Shown: piece by piece, positions 50,959-63,495 of the stretch
Layout: each line of letters begins with the position of its first letter
How positions within the stretch are numbered: the stretch's first letter is position 1
Assembly (NCBI RefSeq): GCF_006345805.1
Contig: NC_043016.1
Coordinates: forward strand, 19,220,001 to 19,284,000
DNA from: Octopus sinensis
Taxonomy: Eukaryota
DNA: 64,000 nt
Direction of reading: 5' to 3'
Program-made: the position numbers and the translations under genes
Notes under the pieces: generated by a model
The model's database searches: none
What the model saw: the letters and a program-made list of their open reading frames with translations, nothing else
Told to the model about the DNA's origin: nothing

Positions 50959-51989
50959 TTCGTTAATAAAATATATAAAATATGTATTTAACCTTTCAAA
51001 TGCTCTTCATGCATTGAGATGTAGCCGAGATCCATTATTTATATTTCTTTACTTGTCACTCGTAAGGCCGTTCTTAATAGCCAAAGTAAGTCAGGTGAAA
51101 ATGCTACAAACCCTATATTGTACTAAGGGAGACAATATGGTTGAGTGGTGTATTTATTAAACCGTATATTAAAGTGATCCTTAAGTTTCCAGATAAATAC
51201 GGCAGAGTAGCGAAGCTTTTCTTGTTCATCGATTTAAATGCATAGATCTTAATTGTCATATCACTTGAATTTTTTTCGCAATGTAACTCGGGTATTTCCC
51301 CTCGATGCCGACGTCTTGTGTAATTTACACCCAGTATACTACCCACTTCAAGTGGTAAGATCCCATGAGAAACAAGTAAAATTGACAAAGGCATTTGGTT
51401 TCTGATTGTGTTTCTGATTGTGGCATATGACACTGGAAGCAATATTATCCATACAAGTGTGACTAATCTTTACACTGATTTCATTGAAAGGCTGATGTTA
51501 TGTATATGTATATGTGTACGTGACAGCGTGGCAGCTAGTTTCAATGCACATGTATTTTTATTCCGTTGTTACATCTGACATACATAAATATTTCCACTTC
51601 TAAGATAAGTGTTTCATTGGCAACGATATTTTAGAATTAAGGATATAATTTTAAGATTTTGCATTTATAATAGTCGCTACCAACCAAAAGGAGTATTTAT
51701 ATCATTCTGTTTTTCTTTTGACAATCCAGATCTATAATTTTTATTTGAAGACAATGATTTATGAAAGATCAGTATCATTTGCGCCTATTTGTAAAGCATC
51801 TCCAGTTTGCTCATTCTTTCATTCATAAAAACACTTATTTGCTCATTGATATAACTATCGAAATGATTTTCCAATCATTCCATGAATTGATTCATTTATT
51901 CATTCATTCAAAAATATATATAAAAATATAATCGGTGTTTTGCAATAAATACATATGATCATAAGTTTTATATTAGGATTCTATTATTC

Positions 51990-52168
51990 TTTTCCACTCT
52001 AGGCACATGGCTCGAAATTTTAGGGGAGGGGGCCAGCCGATTAGATCGACCCCAGTACGCAACTGGTACTTAATTTATCGACCCGGAAAGATGAAAGGCA
52101 AAGTCAACCTCGACGGAATTTGAACTCAGAGCGTAAAGACAAACGAAGTACCACTAAGCATTTCGTTT
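51990..52168 (-). mobile_element. SINE family A (variant tail), partial
   Basis: Reverse complement is nearly colinear with 3282-3438. Confidence 0.85.
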
Positions 52169-52174
52169 AATATC

Positions 52175-52295
52175 CTTTATATCTAAACCTAAATCCTCAC
52201 TCTAAATTCAAACTATAAATCCTAAACTTAAACTCTAACCTTAACACTAATCCTAACTCTTAAACTCTAAATCTAAACCCTAATTCTAACGGTAA
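52175..52295. repeat. Degenerate (CCCTAA)n-like array
   Basis: ~6-7-nt periodic ctaaac/cctaaa/ctctaa/ccctaa units. Confidence 0.6.
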
Positions 52296-52714
52296 ACTTA
52301 GGTTTAAATCGCAAAATTGTAATACACTGTAAAAGAAACATATAATTTTGAAAAACAAACACGGGACAGCAGCCGACACGAAAAGAGTACCAGTGACTGT
52401 GAGCATGAAAATGCAGTTTAGTTAGCATAAGAAATAAGAAAAATTGGAATTCGAAATATAACAATATCCGTTTCAACACACGATTTCGCATCAGGAATCT
52501 TGCAAAACAAAGTTATAAACATAATGAATTTCGAAACTATTTTTTTGTCTTCTTATGTCAGATTTGAAAAAAAATTTCCGGAAAACATAAAAATCAAAAA
52601 ACTTAAGCTGCTAACACACACGCATACACACAGGCGCACTCACACACACGCATACACACAGGCACACTCACACACGCGCGCGCGCGCACATACATGTGTG
52701 TGTGTATGTGTGTG

Positions 52715-52945
52715 TGTATTCTTTTATTCTTTTACATGTTTCAGTTATTTGATTGCAGCCATGCTGGAGCACCGCTTTGAAGGGTTTTAGTAGAACAAAT
52801 CGACCCCAGGACTTATTCTTTAAGCCTAGTACTTATTCTGTCAGTTCTTTTTGCCGAACCGCTAAGTTACAGAGACGTAAATACACCAATACCGGTTGTC
52901 AAGCGGTGATGGAGGACTAACACAGACACAAAGACAGACATACAT
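52715..52945 (-). mobile_element. SINE family B, 3' part
   Basis: Reverse complement matches the family B tail. Confidence 0.85.
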
Positions 52946-52959
52946 AGATCGTTATATAC

Positions 52960-53092
52960 ATCATTATTTACATTATTTACATTTGACGGACATTTGTCCT
53001 TATCTTGTCCGTTGTTAAAATATCTGTGAAATGTAAATAATGCGAATAATGTACATAATTCCTCATCTCTTAAATATTGAACTATAGTTATA
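52960..53092. mobile_element. ORF-less inverted remnant of the Poseidon-like pLTR family seen at 32345
   Basis: tacattatttacatttgacggacatttgtccttatcttg and atgtaaataatg..aattcctcatctc match the pLTR end at 32345-32420 in opposite orientations. Confidence 0.7.
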
Positions 53093-53119
53093 TACATCTA
53101 TGCATATAAACATATATAA

Positions 53120-53170
<51 letters not shown>

Positions 53171-53251
53171 GTTTTACGAAAAAAACAAAAGACGAAGACA
53201 GTGGTGTACAAACAGAGGTATTAGTATAACCGCTCAGGAATAGAAAAAAGT

Positions 53252-53287
53252 CTTTTACGTTTCGAGCCTACGCTCTTCTACAGAAAG
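53252..53287 (-). ncRNA. Variant hammerhead-like motif (CUGUAGA core)
   Basis: cttt-CTGTAGA-a-gagc(gtag)gctc-GAAAC-GTA-aaag: stems I, II and the minimal stem III are intact, but core position 6 is U. Confidence 0.5.
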
Positions 53288-53505
53288 GGACACAGAAAAA
53301 AACAAGGAGAAAAAAATGTGTGTAGTGGCTAACGATCTATCATGCCGACTTTTGTTTGTTTGTTTTTTAATGAGTAAAGACAGGTTAATGGACGGCTGAA
53401 AGCAGTGGGAAGGAAATAAGCAGATGTATTGTTTTAGGCGATGGTGGAGAGTGAGATAATAAAGCCAAAGCTGTGAGGAGTTTTCAGGACATTTATATGG
53501 AAGTA

Positions 53506-53553
53506 GTCTTGCAGCTGTTTCTGGGTTATTATGGATATCCCTTCATCAGAGAC
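53506..53553 (-). ncRNA. Type-I hammerhead-like motif with U16.1>C
   Basis: gtct-CTGATGA-a-gggatat(ccata)ataaccc-a-GAAAC-AGCT-GCA-agac; one substitution from palindromic ACAGCTGT/GUA. Confidence 0.6.
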
Positions 53554-54498
53554 GGTGTGAGAAGGTTAAATTGAGGAAATATTTGATTTCGAATCATTAT
53601 GGAAAAGGAGGAGATAGGGAATCTAGAGGGAAATAAGAGAATGAAAGTAGAAATAAGATATATAAAGATATTGTAGTTGCAGTTCCATTATTCGAGGAAA
53701 ATGGTGTATAGAAGTGACAAAAAAGATCCCTGTACATGGTGTGTAAGTTCCAATAGCAGTTAATGTTTAGTCATGTCAAAGTATGGAGCCATGGAATCTG
53801 TGTTGCTCGTTTTGAAAGGGTTTTGTGGCTGGAATGAAAACAAAAACAAAACAAAGTGAAAAGAGTGAAAAAAGTGAAGAAAGGGTAAAAGAAGTGAGAA
53901 AAGGACTGTTAGTTTGTGGTCAAGATAATGTGATGGGGTGGGGAGGAGTGGAGGATGGATAGGAAGAGATGAGAAGGTAAGGAGTAAATAATGTGAGATA
54001 TATGAGTAGGGATGATATTACAGAGCTGCATTAAGGGATGGGTAGAGAAAAAGTATGGGTGGAGTGATACCAAAGTGAGTAGAAGTTTCGGTAGTAAATT
54101 TTGAAGTGGAGGGAAGAATACAAGGATGTCAATTTACTATAAACAGACGTATGTAGTAGGTTAGTGATATGTAGGAATCAGAGAGGAGGAAAGGTGGTAT
54201 AATGACATACATACGCATACACTCACATACATATACATGTGCGAATATATGTACTTACATATATACGCACACACACATATATACAGACGTATACATACGC
54301 CTATACATATACATATACATATACATAAACATATGTGCATGCATGCTCACGCGCGTGCGTAAATGTATTCATTCTGTTCGAAAAATGTTCGTTTTCTATG
54401 TTTTTGTTTTTCATGTTTTAGTTTCTCATTGTGTCTACGTTTTTTATGTCCTGTACTCATATATGCATGTATATATGCATATATATGTAGGTATGTAC

Positions 54499-54499
<1 letters not shown>

Positions 54500-54531
<32 letters not shown>

Positions 54532-54611
54532 TGTATGTATGTATGTATGTATGTATGTGTATGTATGTATGTTTGTATGTATGTATGTATGTATGTACGT
54601 ATGTATGTATA
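54500..54611. repeat. (GTAT)n microsatellite
   Basis: Direct reading. Confidence 0.95.
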
Positions 54612-54880
54612 TGGAAAATTCTAGAAGGGCTAGTACCTAATTTCGGCATTGAGTATTATACAAATGCCAGAACTGGCCGCCATTGTATTGTATCAAAGGT
54701 ACCATCCACTCCATCTAAATTCAGGACCAGATACTACAATAGTCTAGGGTTCAAAAGCCCACAGCTCTTCAATGCCCTGCCACAAAAATTAAGAAATCTG
54801 CATAAGGTGGAAGTAGAAATCTTTGAAAAAGGAACTAGACATCCTCTTATCCGCAATTCCGGATGAACCAACAGTGGTCA
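54612..54880 (+). mobile_element. CR1-like LINE 3' fragment
   Basis: [22 protein letters not shown]-like KSPQLFNALPQKLRNL..ELDILLSAIPDEP. Confidence 0.8.
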
Positions 54881-54984
54881 GTCCTCTAAATTTTGTATGT
54901 AACAAAATTTTTAATCTTCGGCTTTTTATAAATATGCTAAGCCACTGGTTTTAATTGATTAACATCAATTTCTACCCTTATTTA

Positions 54985-54992
54985 ATGTTATA

Positions 54993-55037
<45 letters not shown>

Positions 55038-55202
55038 ATATAATATATATATATCCGAACCGAAAAAATACTCACGTTATTGCAATCATGCCTGCCATAA
55101 TCGCCACAACCTTCTCTGACACAAACTTCCGTTCCCTATTTTATTCTTTCTCGCTTTCTTTCCCTCTCACTCTTTTTTCCCTTCTCTCTCTCTCTCTCTC
55201 TC

Positions 55203-55290
<88 letters not shown>

Positions 55291-55424
55291 ATTTATATAT
55301 ATTATAATATATATATTTATATATATATATATATAATATATATATATATTTATATATAATATATATATATATTTATATATATATATTATATATATATTAT
55401 ATATATATATATTATATATATATA

Positions 55425-55487
<63 letters not shown>

Positions 55488-55512
55488 ATTTATATATATT
55501 ATATATCTAATA

Positions 55513-55583
<71 letters not shown>

Positions 55584-55585
55584 TT
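54985..55585. repeat. Long TA-rich microsatellite region (pure (TA)n mainly 55205-55585)
   Basis: Direct reading. Confidence 0.9.
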
Positions 55586-57192
55586 CTATCTCTCGTCTCT
55601 ATTTCTTACTCTCTTTTTCACTTGCTGTTGATATCTACAAACCTTGCTTAGTTTACTCCCTTCTCTGCATTTCTTTTCACACACTGTATCATCCTCATGT
55701 TTTTTAGAATCATTTCTCTTTTAACATAAATTTGGAAAATGTTTTTCCAAATTAGCATTTTTTAATTTTGAATGTTCCAGAATTCAGAAATGTATTCGAA
55801 TTTGGTGGGTGCACGGGGAGCTTGTATTTAAGATTACAATAATCAAAATATTCTTGTACTACAATGGATTGTATTCGCTAAATTTGCTGTACTCACAATC
55901 AGAAATATAGATTCTGAACTTTAATTCTGCTTATAAGGGCTTCCATTTGGTGACGGGTGCATTCTGCACACGTCGTCATTTCTATCATTTGGAACACGCA
56001 AAAATTAACAACTTAAGGTGATGAAATATCTGTACCAGTGGGTTATAGCGACATTCGTTTATTCATGTACACCATTCTCTAAGTATCTATAATTATGCAT
56101 TCAGTAACAAGAGAGAGTAGGATGACCGCTAATTATTTTGACTGGAGATTTGTATCAATGGAATTTCTTCTTAGAATTTTCTTGTAAATTAGTAAACTGC
56201 ACAGAACTATATATTTCTACGCCTCATGAGAAAACGAATATGAATATACACGCATACATATCTATGCCTGCGTATTTTGTGCATGTTTTATGTCTATTGA
56301 GATTCTCTTATGAAAGTTTTCCATTTCCTAAATAGTTTGCGAGCTATGACTTAACAACTATCTACCAGACAAAGGCACGCACTTTATTTTAATAGTTAAG
56401 CCCAAAGCTTAAGGTTTTGGGTGGCCATTATCCACATTTTTATATGTATCATTGTTAGATAATGGTTGATCCTACGATGGCTTCATTCGTACATCTGATA
56501 ACTACTGTTTATGTTCTGTAGTAAAGTGTAATGATGAAATGAGATTAAGAAGAGTTTATAATATAACAAAGTAAGATGTGTGGTAAATAAAACGTTGAAG
56601 ATTTGAGTCAGTTGAAGAATCATAAATTGAGAGTACGCCCATGCGTTCATGTATCTGTGTTTGTGTGTGGGTTTGTGAAAATGTATGGTATATAAGTTGG
56701 CAAGGAGTTAAATCTATACGGCCAGCATTGTAGGAATGTGTCCTGTCATCACACTGCCAGTGGAAAAGCAAAGCAGATACAGATGGCCACCAATTTTATA
56801 ACTGCAAGTGTTGCCACAGACAGAACAGAAATAACCAGCACAGATACCGCAATGTAGACCGTTCGATTCTCTAGCAATTCCACCAATCTTCTATGCTGGG
56901 TCGGTATTTTATTTATCGACTCTGAAAGGATGAAAAGTAAAGTGGACCTCGAAGGGATATGAAATCCGATCACAGAGAGAAAGGAGGGAGAAGGTAGGAG
57001 GGAACAAATACTGGCACTGTATCTCACTTCTTCCGACTCTGCAATTCACCGCCTGTATATCACATTTACCATGTAGTATAAGTTGATTACATGAGAACCA
57101 GACAGACGACTGGGATCGATAAATTTGTAAAAAAGAAAAAATTTAAAGGCAATGCTCAAGCTTGACTACAATCCATTTTAAAATTTGTAATA

Positions 57193-57607
57193 CAGGAATG
57201 GCTGTGTGGTAAGTAGCTTGCTAACCAACCACATGGTTCCGGGTTCAGTCCCACTGCGTGGCATCTTGGGCAAGTGTCTTCTGCTATAGCCCCGGGCCGA
57301 CCAATGCCTTGTGAGTGGATTTGGTAGACGGAAACTGAAAGAAGCCTGTCGTATATATGTATATGTATGTATGTGTGTTTGTGTGTTTGTGTTTGTCCCC
57401 CTAGCATTGCTTGACAACCGATGCTGGTGTGTTTACGTCCCCGTCACTTAGCGGTTCGGCAAAAGAGAACGATAGAATAAGTACTGGGCTTACAAAGAAT
57501 AAGTCCCGGGGTCGATTTGCTCGACTAAAGGCGGTGCTCCAGCATGGCCGCAGTCAAATGACTGAAACAAGTAAAAGAGTAAAAAGAGTAAAAAGAGTAA
57601 AAAGAGT
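57193..57607 (+). mobile_element. SINE family B, near full-length
   Basis: Near-identical to 31237-31660; (gagtaaaaa)n tail. Confidence 0.92.
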
Positions 57608-58189
57608 ATACTTACATATAAATTTAATGCACAATACATGGATTTATCTAATCCGGTGGTACATTCAAAAAAGTCCTTCAGTTGGATACAAAACGATCGT
57701 CATCTTATGAATATCAACTGCTGAAATAGATATAGTCATCTCATACTTCCTGACTTTCTTTATATTTCACGTACATACATATGTCTGCGTGTATATATAT
57801 ATATATATGTATATAGATAGAGAGGTGGGGATTCAGATAGGGGGATGTATGTACGTACATATATGTACGGAAGTTGGTATGCATGTTCGGTTATCTGTAC
57901 GTACATATATGTATGTTAACTGTCATAATCCCAACTGTTTTATATTCTTTTACTTTACGTTTCAGGCTCGAACTCAATCTTCAGACGGAGCTGGCTGGCA
58001 AAAACCAATTCTTACATTGGTTGATAAACATGGTTTGGCCAGCGTGTTTGGAATATCCGACTGATTACATACAGAGGAAGTTGTAACTTTCGGCATGATG
58101 GCGATTTTCATCCTGAGTGTCAATCTCTATTGATGACGGCAAGGTATAATATATTTTCGTATCGACATTATCAAATTCTTTCTTTATCA

Positions 58190-58214
58190 TCATTATTATT
58201 ATTATTACTATTAC

Positions 58215-58284
<70 letters not shown>

Positions 58285-58285
58285 T
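58190..58285. repeat. (ATT)n microsatellite
   Basis: Direct reading. Confidence 0.97.
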
Positions 58286-58724
58286 AAAATACCTGATGCC
58301 TGATGTTTTAAAACGTCTGACACAATTATCACTAAATGCTAACATCGACTATGATAACTTAAAGTAGGCGTACTTCTCTTTTAATTGCAATATGTAACTG
58401 GATACAGCTGTGTCCATCCTCTATCTTATGTAATTGAAATGCAATTAAATTGTAAATCAATTGGCAAATACATAAAGGGAATGGCACAACTTTATCTAGT
58501 TATATGTAGTAGTGAAAAGAGAATTACACTGATTTATCTATCTACATATGGAAAACAAAACAGTGTTGCGCCAACTATCATGCTTGTCTATATTAGCATT
58601 TAGAAATACAAAAGTCAACATCACACGCGTGCGTGCCCCATTATGACTGCAGCTTTAAAGCTGAAGTACTTGAAAGAATAAAAGAATGTGTGTATATAAA
58701 TATATACATATATACTACGAGTTT

Positions 58725-58855
58725 CTTTTAGTTTCCTTCTTCTAAATCCACTCACAAGACTTTTGTCAGCCCGACCTATAGTAGAAGACACTTGCCCAGG
58801 CATATATACCTGGAACCATGTGGTGGAAAATAGACTTCTTACCACACAGCCATAC
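58725..58855 (-). mobile_element. SINE family B head, with internal deletion
   Basis: Reverse complement reads tggctgtgtggtaagaag..ccacatggttcc..gggcaagtgtcttctactatag. Confidence 0.75.
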
Positions 58856-58936
58856 ACAGATACACACAGATACACACACATATATACACAAACACACACA
58901 TACTATATATATATTATATATATATATATATATATA

Positions 58937-59288
58937 AAGGTAAAGGTAAGGTAAAGACCCCCTTCGGTCATGAATGACCATGGGATTGCACCTAGAAAGT
59001 TACCCTCCTAGACACAAATCCGAGCAAGGTTGTTTATGGAAGACCAGCAGTCACCCATGCATACCAGCCTCCCCTCTCCACGCCACCAGTGTTATCCAAG
59101 GGAAAGACAAAGGTCGATACAGCTTGGCACCAGTGACGTCGCAACTCATTTCTACAGCTGAGTGAACTGGAGCAACGTGAAATAAAGTGCCTTGCTCAAG
59201 AACACAACACGCAGCCCGGACCGGGATTCGAGCTCACAACCTCACGATCGTAAGCTCGACACTCTAACCACTGAGCCACGCGCCTTCA
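58937..59288 (-). mobile_element. Full-length tRNA-derived SINE, family C
   Basis: Head tgaaggcgcgtggctcagtggttagagtgtcg (A-box) and ctcgaatccc (B-box-like); (cctttta)-type simple tail. Confidence 0.9.
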
Positions 59289-59595
59289 TATATATATATA
59301 TATATATATAGAAGTACAACATTTTGTACAAGTGATCGAAATTAGGAAATTCTAGATGAGTCAAAAGTGCGTCGAATAGATCATCTCGTGATATTTGTTC
59401 CGGCTCTCTGCGCCCCGATTTCAACTCCTGTCGAAGCTGATTTGCCTTTTACCTTATCGGCTTCGATAATGTAAAAAAGTACCAAAATTTTGGGGGATAT
59501 TCTTTGCGATTCTTTCGATTGTAAGTACAAATACTGCCATGGGTAAATTGGGCGGTAGACCTTTGTCGATCGCTTTATCCCCAAAGCAATTTAAG

Positions 59596-59596
59596 T

Positions 59597-59677
<81 letters not shown>

Positions 59678-59692
59678 TTGATAGATAGATTT

Positions 59693-59755
<63 letters not shown>

Positions 59756-59757
59756 TT

Positions 59758-59808
<51 letters not shown>

Positions 59809-59827
59809 TTGATAGATAGATAGATTT

Positions 59828-59870
<43 letters not shown>

Positions 59871-59918
59871 TTGATAGATAGATAGATTTGATAGATAGAT
59901 AGATAGATAGATAGATTT

Positions 59919-59988
<70 letters not shown>

Positions 59989-59990
59989 CG
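59596..59990. repeat. (GATA)n array with recurrent GATTT interruptions
   Basis: Direct reading. Confidence 0.95.
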
Positions 59991-60119
59991 GACGGACAGA
60001 TGGACATGCAGGCATGCACACATGCAGGCAGACAGACAAACAGCCAGACAGACGAATAGATTGATAGATCCTACCAGATTGTACTATTGCAGCGTGTGAC
60101 ATTCTCCAAACATGCATTA

Positions 60120-60602
60120 TCAACTCACAATACAGTCTGGTTTAAGTCTGTTATCAGAGGTCTCGAATGCATTTTCTAATGGAAGTATGCCAATCTTGTT
60201 CCTTTCAATAAATACAAAAAACCTTTCAAAAACACAAAAGCTACTCCTGTCAAGAAAACATCCCCGCTCCATATCCCAGATAATCATCATCAATACTCAA
60301 CTAAATCGTTTTAAGTCTTAGTATCGCCAACGATCTCTCCTAGTGAAAACATAGCCTTAACATAGCTAAGATCTCGACGACTGTTTCTTCAGGACCAGAT
60401 GATATTTCAGCTCACACAATTATTGATAGTCTGAAAAATTATAGTGAGAACCACAATGAAGCATTGCTCTCATACGGAATGGTACTTCTCCTGCTGCACA
60501 CACATTCTAAACCGCTTCAAGCAAAAGGCCACAAGACTGAATAGCACAGACACGTTCTTGTGTCTAACACACAAGCGAGTTGTCTCCACTTTCTTGCACC
60601 CT

Positions 60603-60659
<57 letters not shown>

Positions 60660-60810
60660 ACTTTTTCCAATGTTACTATATAATGTCTTCTGTTCCTTGG
60701 AGCTAACTGGACTATGCTATTTTCACTCAAGCATTCTCTGCTCAATTGTCTATCCCTACACATATCTTTCCCGCAGTTGATTTCCAGCGATTCAAGAACT
60801 ATTATAGCAT
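60120..60810 (+). mobile_element. Zenon/CR1-like LINE 3' remnant split by a (CT)n tract
   Basis: KTQKLLLSRK..MKHCSHTEW..LNRFKQKATRL..LTHKRVVS..CYYNVFCSLEL..LPTHIFP. Confidence 0.65.
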
Positions 60811-61519
60811 CGGTCTAGGCGATCCTGCAAAATCCGTGGGCACAGACTTTTCCTTCAGATGCACCAATTAAAAAAACACTGCGCACACTTGTGGTGAAGC
60901 GTAAATTTAAATAACAGCTCTTCTATAATGCAACTTGTATTAGACATATGGAAAATAAAGTTGCAACAAAACTATTTAAATACATCTGGTACTTGAAGGA
61001 ATATATTATCCTATACAGTATTAAGTGAAAGACTCGCGAGAGAAGCAAAACATACAGACATTTGCAGACATTTGCAGCAAAATTTTCCGGATTCGAATAA
61101 CTAAGAAAAACATCGTTCTCAATATTCTTAATCCTACAGGCTATTAATTCTTTACCGAATGTTACCACGTTGCCAAATATCTACGAAACACCGTAAAATG
61201 ATGCTACCTACTGATTGAACTGCTCAGTACTCACCTACATACCAGAAACAGTTACACTCATTCTATCTTACGCTCTACTTTTATAGTCTTCATTTATACC
61301 GCTAATTCCTACCGTAAACTCATTATGTCATATAACAATATTCTTTCATAATGTCAACTCATTAATTTTCCCTGCCTTTCATCATATTGCACTTCATTTA
61401 AGCTTTGCCATACTTCATGAGACTATTGTCCTTAAAAAAGAAAAAGATATTTAACTAATCCATGGAAAATATCTTTCAACAATAAATATTGATTTCAAAA
61501 TTTGGCATAAGTCAATTAC

Positions 61520-61640
61520 ATCAACCCCAGAATTCAACTGGTATTTATTTTATCGACCCCTAAAGATTGAAAGGTAAAGTCGACCTCGGCAGAATTTGTC
61601 CGGTGCAATAACAAATCTACCAACTCGACGCCATGTCTTA
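61520..61640 (-). mobile_element. Degenerate SINE family A fragment
   Basis: ttatcgacccc..gaaaggtaaagtcgacctcggcagaatttg. Confidence 0.75.
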
Positions 61641-61879
61641 CAACAACAAATATTGACATATAATATACCATATCTTCTCAACCATAATATAATACTCAAA
61701 AAACATGAAAGAAAACTGACATTCTGATATTCTGATATTAGAGTAAAAAGCAGCATAATTAGCACCTCCTGATTATCTCAACTTCCAGGATAAGATAATT
61801 CAAGTCATGATAGATTATATGAAATATGGGTGAATCGTCTTTAAAATGTTCTGAACAGATCATCCAAGATGAATGGGGA

Positions 61880-62760
61880 ACCTATTGACAATCTGGTGCA
61901 AATTCTTATCAACACAGTTCTTAATAAATTTCCTACTTTCCTTGAAACCTAGAAAGCTGTAAGATCATTGTACATTAATAAAGCACCAGGTGCTGGTTCA
62001 ATTCTTGTTGAAATATACATCTTTAGTGGTGAAATAGTCAATGAAAAGCTAACAGCAGTTTTCTTTGCGTGGCAGCACTATTTCACGAGAAATACTACAA
62101 TTACTTACTTGTATAAGAATTAGAGACAAACAATCGTGTGACAGTCATAGAATGATTTCCCTCTTGTTAACTGCTGGCAAAATGTTGGCAAAAATACACC
62201 TGAGCTGCCTCGATAACCTCGCTAACAATGTCTTGCTAGAAAACCAATGCAGCTTTCGTTGTGAAAGGACCACTAATGATGCGATCTTTGCAGCAAGACA
62301 GATGCAATTAAATGTATAAAGCAGAATCAGAACCGGTATCTAACGTTTACTTGTTCTCACGAAGGATTATGATACAATGTGGTTTGTTGAGCATCCTTGC
62401 TAGATATGATTGTCCATTCATGTTCGAGCATACGATGATCCAATTTCATAATGACATGCTGGAGAGTGCTGGAAGCAATAGAGATACATCTATATCATTT
62501 CCTGTCTCAAATTGTGTTAAACAATGTATCTCTTAGCATCAACCTTCATTTTTTTTTTTTTTTTTTTCATGTTTTCTGAAAAAGTGTATCAGAATAACAC
62601 CATCTGAAATTAACAATAGGTACGATAGTACAGGAAAAATCCAAAGTTAAGCACCTGAGCGTCTGTGAACTGATGTTCACAGATGATTGTAGATTTCTTG
62701 AGGCCTGCAACAATTTTGGCTTCAGTATCAGCATTGTATTGTCAGATAAAAATGACTACC
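61880..62760 (+). mobile_element. RTE (BovB-like) LINE RT remnant
   Basis: KAPGAGSILVEIY..HRMISLLLTAGKMLAKI..ENQCSFRCERTTNDAIFAARQMQ..FPVSNCVKQ..LMFTDDC..ACNNFGFSIS. Confidence 0.88.
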
Positions 62761-63012
62761 GAAGAATCACTCGCACGGACACACGGACACACGGACCACA
62801 CACACACACACACACCACACACACACGCACACACGCACACACACACACACTCACATACTCACACACACACACATACACACACACACTCACACAGTCACAC
62901 ACAAACAAACAAACATACATACCAACACAGATATGTTTTCTTAGTAGTAGATATATATAGGAGAGAGATATGATATACGCATATATATGTATAACATATG
63001 CACACAATTATG

Positions 63013-63051
<39 letters not shown>

Positions 63052-63242
63052 GCGAACGCACACATCACACACTCACACACACACACTACCTACATTTGTC
63101 AAACTATATATATAAAGTGATTTGTAATGATGAAAATATAAATTAACGGAGTCATCATTATCTAAGAATTTATAGTTGAAAGTTGTTCCATTGACTGCAC
63201 TGCCGAGAAATATTATTTATATATTTATTTCTTAATTTACTG

Positions 63243-63295
<53 letters not shown>

Positions 63296-63344
63296 ATATA
63301 TTATATATATATATATTTATTTATTTGCACGTTTTTTCTTATTA

Positions 63345-63400
63345 TTATCATCATAAACATCATCATCATCATCCTCGTCATCGCCGTTACCATCATCATC

Positions 63401-63465
<65 letters not shown>

Positions 63466-63495
63466 CATTATTATCATCATCATCATCATCATCAC
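63345..63495. repeat. (CAT)n-(TAT)n-(CAT)n trinucleotide microsatellite
   Basis: Direct reading. Confidence 0.95.

Larger units (their letters stand above)
53170..54200 (-). mobile_element. PLE 3' UTR/pLTR remnant with two hammerhead-like motifs
   Basis: pLTR 53170-53345 is homologous to 27490-27660; pyrimidine-rich minus strand; the upper boundary is approximate. Confidence 0.65.

Noticed and set aside
51113-51442. 109-aa minus-strand ORF
   Set aside because: No recognisable motif, homology or splice signals.
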